This document shows positions 1 to 12,642 of a DNA stretch of 64,000 nucleotides, piece by piece. Source of the stretch: Antedon mediterranea (taxonomy: Eukaryota; Animalia; Echinodermata); assembly GCF_964355755.1 (NCBI RefSeq), contig NC_092672.1, positions 37,950,437 to 38,014,436 of the forward strand. Direction: 5' to 3'. The notes beneath the pieces are model-generated. The model did no database searches. It saw only the letters and a program-made list of their open reading frames with translations, and had not been told where the DNA came from. Position numbers and translations under genes: made by a program. Within the stretch, counting starts at the first letter, position 1. Every line of letters begins with the position of its first letter.

Positions 1-1375
1 GTTCAATGGCTCTCCATAAAATTGTGTGGAGATCTTCAGAACGTAGTCCATTTGTTGCAAAAACTGCCAATGGAAATTTTAAGTTACTTGTTGCCCCTCG
101 TACCATAATAACTAATGCACTTTTTGCCATCTCATTGGTGATTTCATTTTTCTTATTTTCAATTTTGTGAATCTCATTGCTAATGTTATCTAAATTTGTA
201 AATCCAATCAATTCATTAGTGGAGGCAGAATATACCAAGTCTTCTTTTATTTTAATTTCATCCTGTAAAATTCCAACATATGATCGCCATTCTTCAGTAA
301 AGAGTCCTTTTCTTTTAGCCTCCTCGTGTAGCATTTCTAAAACTTCTTTCTGGTAACCTAATTTACTATCAATGACGTGGCTATAATCATATAATGTTCT
401 TTCACTTGGTAAACTTATAAAACCAGTTTCTCTCAGTGCTTGATATGCAGTTGAAGATTTAGATTTCAAGTACAAAGCCCATTTCACAATAATAGGATGC
501 CACCTCATCTGTCTTTTCTCTTTTAACTTGTTGAATTTTAATTGTTCTTCCCAAAATATTCTTTGAAATGAATCAGGATCTCGAAACAAATTGTTGAAAG
601 CATTTTCTCCTTCTTGAATAATAGTTTCTAGGTCACCATTAGAATCATCTGTCAGTTCATTGTTCTTATATTTTTGATTAATTTCCTGATTAATTAATAT
701 TTGCTTTTTTTTTCTTTCAACACTTTGACATTGTTTTTTTAGCATCTTACTTTTAATTAATAAATCATTTTTAGTCAAACTGGAATTAGGCCTTTTAGAT
801 GACAATAATACTTCAAATGACTGATTGTGTTTCATAGATTTTCGCAATGATCGTCTGTATGTTGCACAATGGGGGCACCTGTTTGTTAAAGTAGTTAAAA
901 GGAAGCAGCGATCAGTTCGGATTGTTTGTGTGTATTCTGCTCCACAATCATGTTCCACATACTTGTTTTCCTGCAATGCAGTTAAGTCAGGATTTCCTAT
1001 GCACACAGTATATTTATCAAACAAGAATTTTAAAAACATGAATAAATGATTAAACACATGCACCTTCCGTATACTTTCAAATATTGTATGATTATCAGGT
1101 AAGCGCTTGTTATGAACGATTACGGTTATATTAAAGTTTTTGTCAATGGTAACTGCCATCTTAACAGAAAAAAAACGTTTCTCATAGAACTGAATGAGTG
1201 TCAGATCACTAGTTGCCTTAATGACTTCAAAACCAATGTTATTCAGCTTTTCTTGTTTCCTTGTGCAATCAAATCGCAACTGCTGGTATGTCACATAATT
1301 GATGTTATCTTCTGTCTCAAGTTTTGTCAATGAAGATCCAAGTACTAAATAACTCTCAATTGGTTCCTTATGTTC
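1..1375 (-). CDS. P-element/THAP9-family DDE transposase, partial (large exon running off the left edge)
   Basis: Hand translation gives a stop-free frame from 1375 to 2 (~458 codons): ...CPHCATYRRSL...FQRIFWEEQLKFNKLKEKRQMRWHPIIVKWALYLKSKSSTAYQALRETGFISLPSERTLYDY...VGILQDEIKIKEDLVY...ELIGF...LVIMVRG...KFPLAVFAT...LWRAIE. The AY..LR....LPS.RTL and DE.KIKE.L.Y....IGF blocks are characteristic of P-type transposases. Splice acceptor (tgcag) at 1376-1377. Absent from the ORF track because there is no stop inside the window. Confidence 0.85.
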
Positions 1376-3660
1376 CTGCAATACACACAGAAACACTCAT
1401 TTATAACCACACTATAATGATTAAATACTTTATACAATCTTTTTACACAACCTATGTACTTACTTCAAGCAGTGGTTCATTGTGTACACTATGAACAACA
1501 CAATCACAATTTGCAAAATTTCCAGTGAAAGTCACAATGCTTAACTTGCTCAATTGGCTGACGAGTGAGTGGTTTTCGTTGAGATGGAAGACCATTAACA
1601 CAATATTTGTATCGTCTACCAATTAATGCTTTTCTTTTTTTTCTTGTCATGATCTGTTATAAATAAAAGAAAACATTGATCATTGGTTTGCACTGGTTTC
1701 TGTACATGCATTTCAGGCACTTACTTCTAGGCAAGAAACACTAAAGCCCCACTAAGCAATATAATAATCCCCCTCACCCTCACCCCCTCCCCCTCACCCC
1801 TCCCCCCTCACCCTCACTTCCCCAACCAATTTTGTTTGACCCCACCCAACTACCATTCCATACTACTGCACACCAAATAGAGCAGTAAAAACAAGTTTGG
1901 AAATAGGATCAATTTGATTTGACAAGGTAAAAGCTAGCCTAGCCTAGACTTAATTTAGGCGAAATTACGCTAATGAATGCATTATGAATCCCTGTGACTA
2001 GCCCTGGCTAAATAAGGCCATGCGATGACATTGGGCCTACGCTAAGGAAAATATATTGAATAAATACAAATTTCAAATGATTAAAAAATACACGCATACC
2101 AACATTTATATATTTAACTATCATTAAAAGGTAAGTAAGTGATACAATATCATAAATAAGATAAAGATTTTTTTGTTCCAAATGTGACACAATTACGATT
2201 GTGTATTTAGCGTATTTAGCGAAAACTTTAAAAAACCAGTAAAATCATCATACTTAATTACATATTAAACATTACTTTTTCCTAATAAATTGTACATCAT
2301 ACCACAGAAAAATAGTTATTCTATCATAATAAAACTCATTAATTACACAAGAGTGTCTTTTAGTAAAATTGCAATGCTCTCAAAAACTGGTGTTTTAAGT
2401 AGCCGTTCCGACAACGACACACTAACCCAGTCTAGATGGGGTAGTCCATCTACGGTTGTCTACGAGTCTAGAACTACCCTACTTTGCAGACCAAGTTCTA
2501 CTAAAACAAGATTAATTTTTCTTTTTAAAAACAGTTAAATACCAAACATTATTTAAAACTCTTACCTTTTAATATCCTAAAAATATAATTTGAAGTTCAA
2601 ATTAAGCGTAATTTGCTGAAGGAAATCTGGTAAACTGTTACTATCTCGTATATTGCGAAGCGATCGCGTGCGATCTCCGTCGAGTGGATTTTTCTCGAGC
2701 GCACACTTAATTTACATAACAATGAAACTACTAAGACGAAATAAGTAGATCAAAGGGAACCGACAAGCGTTTCCAATCTCTTTGATTGTTGTCTCAGGCT
2801 AGCTGTAGGGGCCTATCTTAACTTTTGTAGTAGGCGCGGCCGAGTCTACGTTCGGCCCGGCGCTCCAAATGGAATCGAACACATAATAAGCACGGGCTTA
2901 ATTCTTATTTTTGGCGGTTCGAAAATCAATTTAAATAATATATGATTATAAATATAACTTTAAATACTAGAATTATTAAAAAAATGTATACTTACGAAAA
3001 ATAATATTTAATGAAAAGAAACAATACCCACACAGTTTTTTAACGCAATATTTTTTTTTTCACATTTTAACATTTTTTAACAATATTTTATGTTGTATTT
3101 CAGAATTACCTACCTGTCAATATAAATAACCTTACTAAAATACATATTACATTTTATGCAATGCAAAAAAAAAGAAGTTAATTCACACATTGGTTCAAAA
3201 GTTATGAATCATTTAAAGACAGGAACTTTTTGGGCATTTTTGAGACATTAGGAAAATCACGCGTAAAAAGCCCTCGGACGAATTTTGTAGGGCGATATCT
3301 AAAAAAAAAAATGTCGAGGACACCCAAAAAAAATTTTTTCTTGTACAACTCTGTTGTATCTATGGGTTTGGAAAAAATAAGAACTTTAAAATTATTAGTA
3401 TAAAAGTTATAACCCTTCAAAAATGGGTTCAAATATAATTAGATTAATTAGATTAATTAGATTAATTATAATTTTTCAAGCAAAAATCACTGTTTTTTGG
3501 GCACTTTAACGGACCATAACTTTTGAATGGATAATCCGATTTCAATCATTTAAATTGCAAAAGTTTATGTTCAGTAAGTTCCTTCTGATTAACTGAAAGA
3601 AAAAGTACCATCATTAATTTGAATTTTTACATTGGGATACCTACTTAAAGGAAAACTCAC

Positions 3661-3980
3661 CAGTACTGGTATCCAGAGGTTTATACATAAATGCAGTGTT
3701 GAAATAAGTTGGCCTTATAATAAACATTTTGACTTAGAGGAATATTTCAAATGTTAGTTTCCTTTTTTTTTTCGATTTTACCCATCACAATTACATCCTT
3801 GTATGTATAAAACTCTTTCTTAGCAACATCAAAACAACAGTATCCAGGGGTTTGTACGTAAGTGCACTGTTGAAATTAGGCGTTTGTTGTATGCCCTATA
3901 ATAAGCATTTATATTTGGAGGAATATTTCAAAGGTGGGTTCAATTTTTCCGATTTCACCCAGCACAATTACATCCTTTCT
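3661..3980. repeat. Degenerate tandem duplication, two ~180-bp units
   Basis: gtatccagaggtttatacataaatg...gaggaatatttcaaa...cacaattacatcctt recurs as gtatccaggggtttgtacgtaagtg...gaggaatatttcaaa...cacaattacatcctt from ~3840. Confidence 0.6.
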
Positions 3981-6900
3981 TAGCGACATCACACAATTTC
4001 CGATATTTTGTTTTCATATTGGAATTAGATTAGTAATTAAGCAGGACAATTATCGTTAACAGATGTATACTTAGCAGTACTTGAAGTTGATTACGATTTG
4101 ATTTTGTGACTGTCAAAGTAAATTGAATCCTCATTGATTGCCGGTACTTGCTTATTTTGCTCACTCACTAATTGCATGTCCTACTAACAGTCTGCTGTAA
4201 AGTGTTAACATTAAAAGAAATTTATTAAATTAATCATTGCTATGGATGTGTTTATTGGTGGAAATGTTTAGAAAGCGTACTTCAAATGTGGAATAACCTA
4301 TTTACCTAAACATATTTAGTACAAGGTAATAAAACTTATAGAAAAAAAAACGTTTGGTTGTCGCGATTGGGAAGTACAATAGCCTAGTTAATTTGCTCCC
4401 TACCTTTAATTTGTCAGTAATTGTTCTAGTTTCAGTGTTTGTATCAAAACATACATTGGTACATTTACCCTTGTCATAACCCTTTTAAATGAGAACTAGA
4501 TTACTTAACTAGTTACTGATAGCATTCTTTTAAAATCCATCCTGTAGTAATTGGCTAGTTTGAGCTCGCTGTTGGATGTGTACTGTATGAAATAAAATAA
4601 AATAAAAATGTATATGTATTTACTCCTTTTATTGAAACATATAAAAAAGTGCACTGGGAAAAACAAGAGCTGTATCACCAAAGTGTCTCTCTAAATCTCT
4701 ATAGATGTATTGTAAATATCAACTATGGCAATTTTGTTCACTAGACACAAATGGAGCCAAATGCTACATTTAGTACTCCTACTACTACTGTACTTAGTAT
4801 AATAGTTTGCTTGGGGTTAGAGTTTGTTTTTATGATAAATTTAAAGCACAAAACACAATCATGTTTCTGGTCAGGTCTAACTTGATTAATTACTGTACAT
4901 AGGCCAGCTAATCATTTCTGTAATTATGCAACTGGTTGTGGTTTAGAGATAGAGGTGTTTTTAATAATATGATATAATAATATTACATAAGCATTTTTTT
5001 TTATATCTGTAGACTTTAGCATTAGGTGTCACACCATTTTGTACCATTTGGAAAAAAAAAAGACTAGTAAGTAGTAGCAGCATTATCATTGAGGTCAAAT
5101 GGATGACATTGACAGGAAGACCATTATAGTGTCATAATTTAACACATTTTAATTGGTGATTACAACATCACATCAACAATAACAATAATAGAAATCACAG
5201 TCTACATTAGCTCATCTTATTTACCACAAAGCTGTGGATTAAGTGAGTTAATCCTTTTTAATCCTGTCAAATTACTTTTGTTAATCCAGACTCTTTAGCA
5301 TGCTTTCTAGTACTAAGTATGTAATGTCCTTTTTCTATTTGATTCTTTTAAAGTTGTGAGAAAGATTTTATCAGATTTATCATGGCCCTGAGTCAATGTA
5401 CAGTACACAGTATACTCCAACATTTGACACAGCCTTTAGTCCATTTAGAACAATAACATCTTTTAGTATAGTACAAGAGTAAAATCTTTACTACATTGTA
5501 AAACCTAATCTAAGTCAATTAGTTTGATGTTAACAATATGAATAATATATTCATTATATTATGACCATAAGAATTGCAAGATACAGTAGCTTGTTCTTTT
5601 TAAACATGTATTTTCCCTTTTTAACATTTTTTTCCCTTCAATTTTTTTGTTGAATATGCCATTTTAATGTGACATAATAGCTATCCACTTCGATAATAAA
5701 GTGGGTTAACAAAAATTTAAAATTGTTAAAATTAACCATTTCTTTTGTCTTTTTATAAAATATAAGTGAAATAATAATTGTTTTGAATGGATATTCTTAT
5801 TTTTTGGTGTTTTTTTTTCACCGAAATGAATAATTTTATCAAAACTGCAAAATGGCTGATTTTATTAATCTTCATTTTTCATGTTTTTGGGGGACAATAC
5901 ATCTTGAAATTGTTTAGTTTTAAATTCGGATTGCTACTATAGTGTGCATCATTGATTTGAAATATTTAGAATTTTAACTTTTAAGATTGTAAAGCAAGCA
6001 CAATGAATCTTTAATACAAGTGACACACATTTCTTATTCACACACTACAGTTTTACTGTAATCTGTTTACTTTATGAAGCACAGTTTTTTAATCTGTCCA
6101 GATTCAACTTGAATAATTATTTTTTTAATTCATTATTATCAATGGGGCGAGTACTTAATTTATTTAATTAACACAAAATATTATGATAAACCTTGTTTAC
6201 CAAACATTATATGTTCAAATTTAATCTTGCGGGAAAGTGATTATATTGATGTTCAGAATTCCTACATAAATCAGAGAACAAAATGTACATAGGGCATTTT
6301 GAATATTATTTATTAAAAAAAATAACATAGCAGGCAGCCAAAGTACATTTACTATTTTAGCATGTATACCTCACAGCAAAACATAGATATAGAAATATAC
6401 AAAGAATTCAGCTGACTCACTCATACCAAAATACTCTCTTTTCTTCTTTTCTCTAGGTCCAAAATGTCACAAACATTGCTATAGAAATGCGTATTAACAC
6501 AATAAATATATAATTTTTAAGAAATATATTTACTTTGCTTTTTGTTGTATTCATTGTTGCTTGATGTAACAATATACATTAAAACATTAAAATTGAGTGT
6601 AAATCATCAACACTCACTGATCTTTTTGTCGAGAGATCCAAGGTTTTATTTTAGAGTAAATAATTATGAGTTTGTTGATTGTGTGCTTTGATTGATTTAA
6701 TTAAGGCCTTGATTTTGTTGATGCTGTATTAATAATCTACTGTTGTTGTTGTACTGTATACCTTTCTTCAGACATTAATTGCATCTAAGCGTTTTCATCT
6801 AACCTCCTCATAACGCCAACAATGAGATTTGATTTACCTTATGACGTCAAAGCTAAGCAAACTACCGTTTGTAACACAAGTAGTACGTACAAGAAAATCA

Positions 6901-7228
6901 AATGAATATTTTAGATAAGGATTGCGACCTAAATAGTCAAATCACAAAATCTTATGTGTCTTTAATTAAAATTTATTTTTCTTATTTTCTGTATACAGAC
7001 AGTCACCAGGAGACTTTCCCATAAACTAGCTGAAAGAATATTTTAATTTGTTGTGTTGACCCTTTAAGATGTATTGTCCCAAAAAAAAATGAAAAATATT
7101 AAATCATGTAATTTTCTAGTTTTAATAAAGTTATTCACTTCCGTAGGAAATAAAAACCAAAATAACAAATAAATTCAATTCAATTTTATGTCTTTTACTG
7201 TATTTTATGTCTTTTACTGTATTTTTAG

Positions 7229-8621
7229 GCAACAACTGCAGGATATTTGAAACATGGACATTTTGAGATGATGCGATTAACAATCAATCGTTTCATGGAC
7301 ACTAGGAGAATGTTTGCAATCTGGCGCGTCGAAGCTCCTTATAAACCAATCACCAAGAAGGGTCAAGGTCAGCGAATGGGAGGAGGAAAAGGTTTGTCCA
7401 ATCCAATCCAATTTTTTTTTACACATTTTTAGAATACTTTCTTTGATGGTTTCAGTTTTTTCTGTAATTTTTTGTAAGGTAGAAAGTCTGCAGAATGTAT
7501 CTATGAACTAATACTGTATATGACTACCGGGAATAATCTCTAATATAAGTCCGGAAAATTAAGCAAATTATCAAATATAGCCCTTGATTACTACTAGACT
7601 ATTGTTTATTTTATGTATAACTTTCTTACATAATTTTAAATACCGAGGCAATGTAGTTAGGCAAATTTTACTGGCAAAACACAGACTTCGTAACCAGACC
7701 CCCTGAGACTAAACTTCCTCATGGTAGTTATGGTGACTGGATATTTGTTATTGACTAGATAATATTGTTTTTTTAGATAAAAAATCACATTAACATGGCT
7801 CCATATTTATTTATACAGCCTACAGCAAACAGGCATGGTGCAATGAAACATACTGTACCAAACATAGCAATTATTAAAACCTAATCCAAAACTCTTAGGA
7901 CCACCTATCTATAACCAGAACTGATAAAATAATCAACAATATTATTTCTTCCACAATAATTATTTAATATTTACTTTTGCGAGTTATTTAAACAATAATA
8001 ACCCAGATATCTAAGTTGTTTGCTTGCTTTTGACTAATATTACCCCCAGCTTGGACTATTTTAACTGGCTACAAACAGTATCTGTGTTACAGCCTTAGGC
8101 TAAAGATTTTTCTAGTTCTGTGTAGTAACATTTATTTTTTATTAGGTAATCTATTGTATGGTCTATTATAAGGACATCTTTAAGATATTTCAAAATCTTT
8201 CTTTAAAATTCTGCCTTGTTTTTAATCTAAGTTCTTTTCGTATTGTTTTTGCTACTTTTGAGTTTGCCAGTCTTTGTACAGTTATAATAGACACTTCTGA
8301 GTTAGAAATGTTTGTTTTAATTTAGGAAGTATTGATCACTACGTGACACCGGTAAAACCTGGTAGAATTGTCGTTGAAATTGGAGGAAAGTGCGAATTGC
8401 AAGAAGTGGAAAAAGTGCTTAAGGAACTGACAAAGAAATTACCATTTCGTAGCAAAATCGTTACTCCTAAAGTTCTGGAAGATGATGCCATGGAAGAAAA
8501 AAGGATCGAGGAAAGCAATGATAATGAATGGACATTTAAACGAGTAGTAGAAGGAAATTACTTAGGAATAAGTAAATATCTTGGTCCTTACGATTACAAA
8601 TGGTATGGAAAATATAGGTAG
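7229..8621 (+). CDS. MRPL16: 39S mitochondrial ribosomal protein L16, last two coding exons (7229-7391, 8326-8621)
   Basis: Exons join in frame across a GT-AG intron: [21 protein letters not shown]...[24 protein letters not shown]|[23 protein letters not shown]...KKLPF...[29 protein letters not shown] is the uL16m signature. Upstream exons were not found in 3650-7200 and may lie left of the window. Confidence 0.93.
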
Positions 8622-9068
8622 ATACAATTGTGGACATGGTTCATCAAACAGCCTGTCTATGAGATAAAACAGTTAAATGGGATCTGTTGCTGAATCAGCA
8701 ATTATGTACTAGATAGTACATTGCTTCTGATGCATTTAACTGATTTATGGTTGGCGACGCCATGTTGTACTACATTAGTATGATCTTATTTGAAATTGCT
8801 TTATCCATGTTCGCTATAAATAACACATTACTATTGTTATTTTCACCCGATAACATACTTAGTGCTGAATGCATATGTTGCATTAACGCTATACTCTTAA
8901 TATATATAATAAGAAAATAATAATAAAGGATATGATGTTGACCTTGCTGGATATGATGTTGACCTTGCTGCTAATAATTGTGATGGACAATTAACGATGT
9001 TAACTCTGCTTCTCACAATTAAGCTGCTAAGCTTCGTTTTGTACACCTTGTATATAGATGAAACTTAA

Positions 9069-9365
9069 AGATGTATTGTCCCCCAAAAACATAAAAAATG
9101 AAGATTAATAAAATCAGACTTTAAATAGGCCATTTGCAGTTTTAATCAAGTTATTCACTTCTATAAAAAAAAAATAAAATAATTATTTTACAAATGGTTA
9201 ATTTAAACAAAAACCATTGTCTGACAGACAATTTAACTATTTTTTGCTTTGAATTACATTTTTTTCGGGTAAATATTTTTTTTTTACTATTATTATGTGA
9301 CATAAAAATTAAATATTCAAAAACAAAAATTTAAAAAATGATTTTTTCAGGGGAACAATACATCT
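9069..9365. mobile_element. Kolobok-like non-autonomous DNA transposon (MITE), 297 bp
   Basis: TTAA|AGATGTATTGTCCCCC ... GGGGAACAATACATCT|TTAA: terminal inverted repeats, TTAA duplication and AG..CT ends. Truncated relatives at ~7066-7190 (+) and ~5600-5905 (-). Confidence 0.75.
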
Positions 9366-9623
9366 TTAAGCCTTTTGCAAAGGTTTAATAATACACAACA
9401 TTATGTATTGAAAATAGAGTTATTCTGACAATAAAACACTAAACGATACTAATTGTACTGTACTAGACTGTATAGAGAAACTTTAATATAAATAGTATAC
9501 CAAAGTCGATATTATATAACACCTAAATAAATTCCTGTCATCAATGTTAATCAAATGTAGGCCTTGGCTAGGCCTACCTTTTATTTGATTAAAATGACAG
9601 GAATCTGTCTGTCTGTTTTATAA

Positions 9624-9768
9624 AACAAATAATGAATGTTTCATATTCTTGTAATGGTACAAATAATAGAATTTGGTGAATGATGAAAGGTTATATATCA
9701 ACTCGGCTGTCGCCTCGTTGATATATAACCTTTCATCATTCACCTCATGCCATTATTCATTATTTGTA
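9624..9768. repeat. Short palindromic element with a 28-bp perfect hairpin stem
   Basis: ggtgaatgatgaaaggttatatatcaac (9675-9702) is the reverse complement of gttgatatataacctttcatcattcacc (9717-9744). Outer inverted repeat acaaataatgaat / attcattatttgt. Confidence 0.75.
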
Positions 9769-10437
9769 TAAAATCTATTAAGTAATCTGTGTCTAATATA
9801 AATATGATAATAATGTTTTATTTTAGAGACGGGATGTTTTTTATTGACTCCTTATTATGTGTGCCGTAGCTATTTAAATTTACTTTCGTCCTCCGTAAAA
9901 AGGAAATATATTGAGTGTATTTCATAGATCGTCATGTAATGTATGTAACATAATAGTATAATTGATCAATTTTTGTTAATAGCATAATTCACGAGGTCGA
10001 GGAAGTTATCACAACGACGATTGGTTTGTAAGCATGCGCAAATTCATATCGCGTATAAGCGTAAATTCATATTGCGCATTGCGTAAATCTATATCGCTTA
10101 TATATAAGCGTAAAATACGCATTGCTAGATTAAGAACAGTGTTTCAAAGAACTTATAACAGAAGAATCTCCTGTTCTTCAATTTGCATTCAAAACACAGT
10201 ATCAGAAGTACAGGGTTAAAAGGTCAAACTGGGCGACGCCATTTCACAGCATGGAGCAGCGCCCCCTCCAAACTAGGAAGTCAATTACTCTACCCCACTC
10301 TAGAGTATTAGCAGATCCCCTCTATGATTTTGACTTTCTAATTTGATGCGGGCGCCCTACTTCATGGCTCACAATGGCGCCACCCTTAGCTCTATTCTAT
10401 CCCACAATGCCTTTCGAAATTGTTACGCGCTTCGGAC

Positions 10438-11769
10438 AGCCTGGGTGCAGTACAAATTTTGCAGGAAAAAAGTATAGGAACATTTTTTTCTGATAGAGTA
10501 TACCATATAGAATGTCAGAAAAAAAATCCCCATCTTGGGGAAATTTTTTACGGCACTTTTAAATCTATGGCCTATATAACACACACACACAAATGCCTAT
10601 TAACACACACAAATACCATATATAGGGGATAGGGAAAACCAATTCACGTTTTTTTTTTTACTTGGAGTTGTGTTATGATGAAAATTTGCTGAGGCTTACT
10701 TTAATAACTACTTCTCATAGTAGTTGATAAATCGAGTCGATAACAATGACATCATCATGCCAGAATCCAATATGGCATCCAATTTGGCGGAAAAAACAGG
10801 GTAGTATTTCTAAACCCCCGCAAACCCCTGCAAACCTAAAAAAAAAACATAGCAAACCCCACCGAACCAACATAAAAGTGATTGAATCATGTAGGCCTAG
10901 TGTCCGACCCACTGGGTATATCCATGTTAAAAAAAAATTAAATTTCTACTGTTAATTACTTATTTTTGGGGTAAAACATAATTTTTTGGTCAAAAATGAT
11001 TGCTAAACCCTGCAAACCTCCAAAAAAACAAAGCAAACCCCACCGAACCAACATAATAAAAATGATTGAATCATGTAGTGTACGACCCACTGGGTATATC
11101 CATGTTTTAAAAAAAAATTAATTTCAACTGTTAACTACTTATTTTTGGGGTAAAACATCATTTTTTGGTAAAAAATTATTGCTAATTTTTAACCAAAAAA
11201 TGATGTTTTATCCCCAAAATAAGTAGTTAACAGTAGAAATTTAATATTTTTTTTTACATGGACATACCCAGTGGGTCGTACACTCCATGATTCAATCACT
11301 TTTATGTTGGTTCGATGGGGTTTGCTATGTTTTTTGGAGGTTTGCAGCGGGGTTTAGCAATACCCTGTTTTTTCCCGCCAAATTGGACGCCATATTGGAT
11401 TCTGGCATGATGATGTCATCGTATCGACTTGATTCATCAACTACTATGAGAAGTAGTTATTAAAGTAAGCCTCTACTAATTTTAATCATTAAAACACAAC
11501 TGCAAGTAACAAAAACCGTTAATTGATTTTCCCTATCCCCTATTAGGTATTTGTGTGTGTTAATAGGAATTTGTGTGTGTTATAGCCTATAGGCCTAGGC
11601 CAAAATTTAAAAGTGCCATAAAAAAATTTCCCCAAGATAGACCCTGGGATGGGGATTTTTTTTTCTGACATTCTATATGGTATACTGTATTAGAAAAACC
11701 CCAAAAAAATTGTCCTTTACTTTTTTCCCGCAAATGTGTATATTAATTGTTCTGCACGTCACCCAGGCT
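10438..11769. mobile_element. Foldback-type element: long imperfect inverted repeat, left arm containing an internal ~190-bp tandem duplication
   Basis: agcctgggtg...cacccaggct termini. Arms match throughout, e.g. catcatgccagaatccaatatggc (~10752) vs gccatattggattctggcatgatg (~11388). Centre near 11185. 10811-11002 is repeated at 11003-11185. No TSD recognised. Confidence 0.8.
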
Positions 11770-12334
11770 TAAACAGGAGATTCTTGTGTTAAGTTATTTG
11801 CAGTGTTTTCAGTAATTATGCTTCGGAATTAAAAAATAAGCGTGTATCTCTCCTCGACGGTTACCTTCAATAACCACATGCCATATAATTATAATACTTA
11901 ATAACTGTCGACAGCACGGTCCTCATCAGTCAAATTGTAATTAAGACAAACTGAAGAGCCATTTCTATTATTAATTGACGGTCACGTGGGCAAATAATTC
12001 GTCGAAATTCTGCCAATATGTTACCGTTACATATCCTTCAACATCATGATCGCCTGCATTCGATATCACCCTAACTATATATCAAGGTCCATCATCGACT
12101 AATGCAGTAATGTCGGCCTAAATTATGATATAACCTTCGATCATTATAACATTTTGTGAACGTCTATTATATTAACACTGGCGGTTTTGTTATTTTGTGA
12201 TAAAACGGAGTGCTACAGTATGTTTAATTTATAAAAATAACATTTCACATTACAAATTAAACCTAAGTTTGTGATCGTTCGATCACAACATATATATGAA
12301 TTACAGTATGTAATTCATAGCCGTAATTACGTAG

Positions 12335-12589
12335 GTAGCCATAACATCGGCAGGGGTTCGAGGCTCACTCACTCCATGGTTCTGGTGGTAGAATGTGACG
12401 AGTCTTCTCGGATAAGGACTATAAACCGTGTGCACTTTAAAGAACCTAGTACATCTTTCGAGACGAGTAGGGGGTTACCCCGGTGTATTAGTACATCACA
12501 GCCACTGATCACCAACTGGGCCCTCTGGGAGACCAGTCTTTGACTGAAGAGGTTACCCAGTATAAATATATATTTCAATCAATCAATCA
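12335..12589 (+). mobile_element. tRNA-derived SINE with Deu/Nin-like central domain, 5' end partly degraded
   Basis: B-box-like ggttcgaggc (12355), central blocks ctcggataaggactataaaccg / gcactttaaagaacc / gagtaggggg / ccccggtgt that resemble the Deu/Nin SINE domain as recalled, and a (TCAA)n tail. Confidence 0.6.
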
Positions 12590-12642
12590 TGTATGATTCC
12601 ATATTTTTTATTTAATGTCTTTGTTTTATACATTTGTTTTGA

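Noticed and set aside
1464-1653. Upstream exon of the P-type transposase
   Set aside because: Splice-like sites are present, but the frame that joins the 1375 exon hits a stop near 1623, so the structure could not be resolved.
11860-12220. Highly decayed minus-strand LINE-like sequence
   Set aside because: Only vague similarity with many stops; not supportable by eye.
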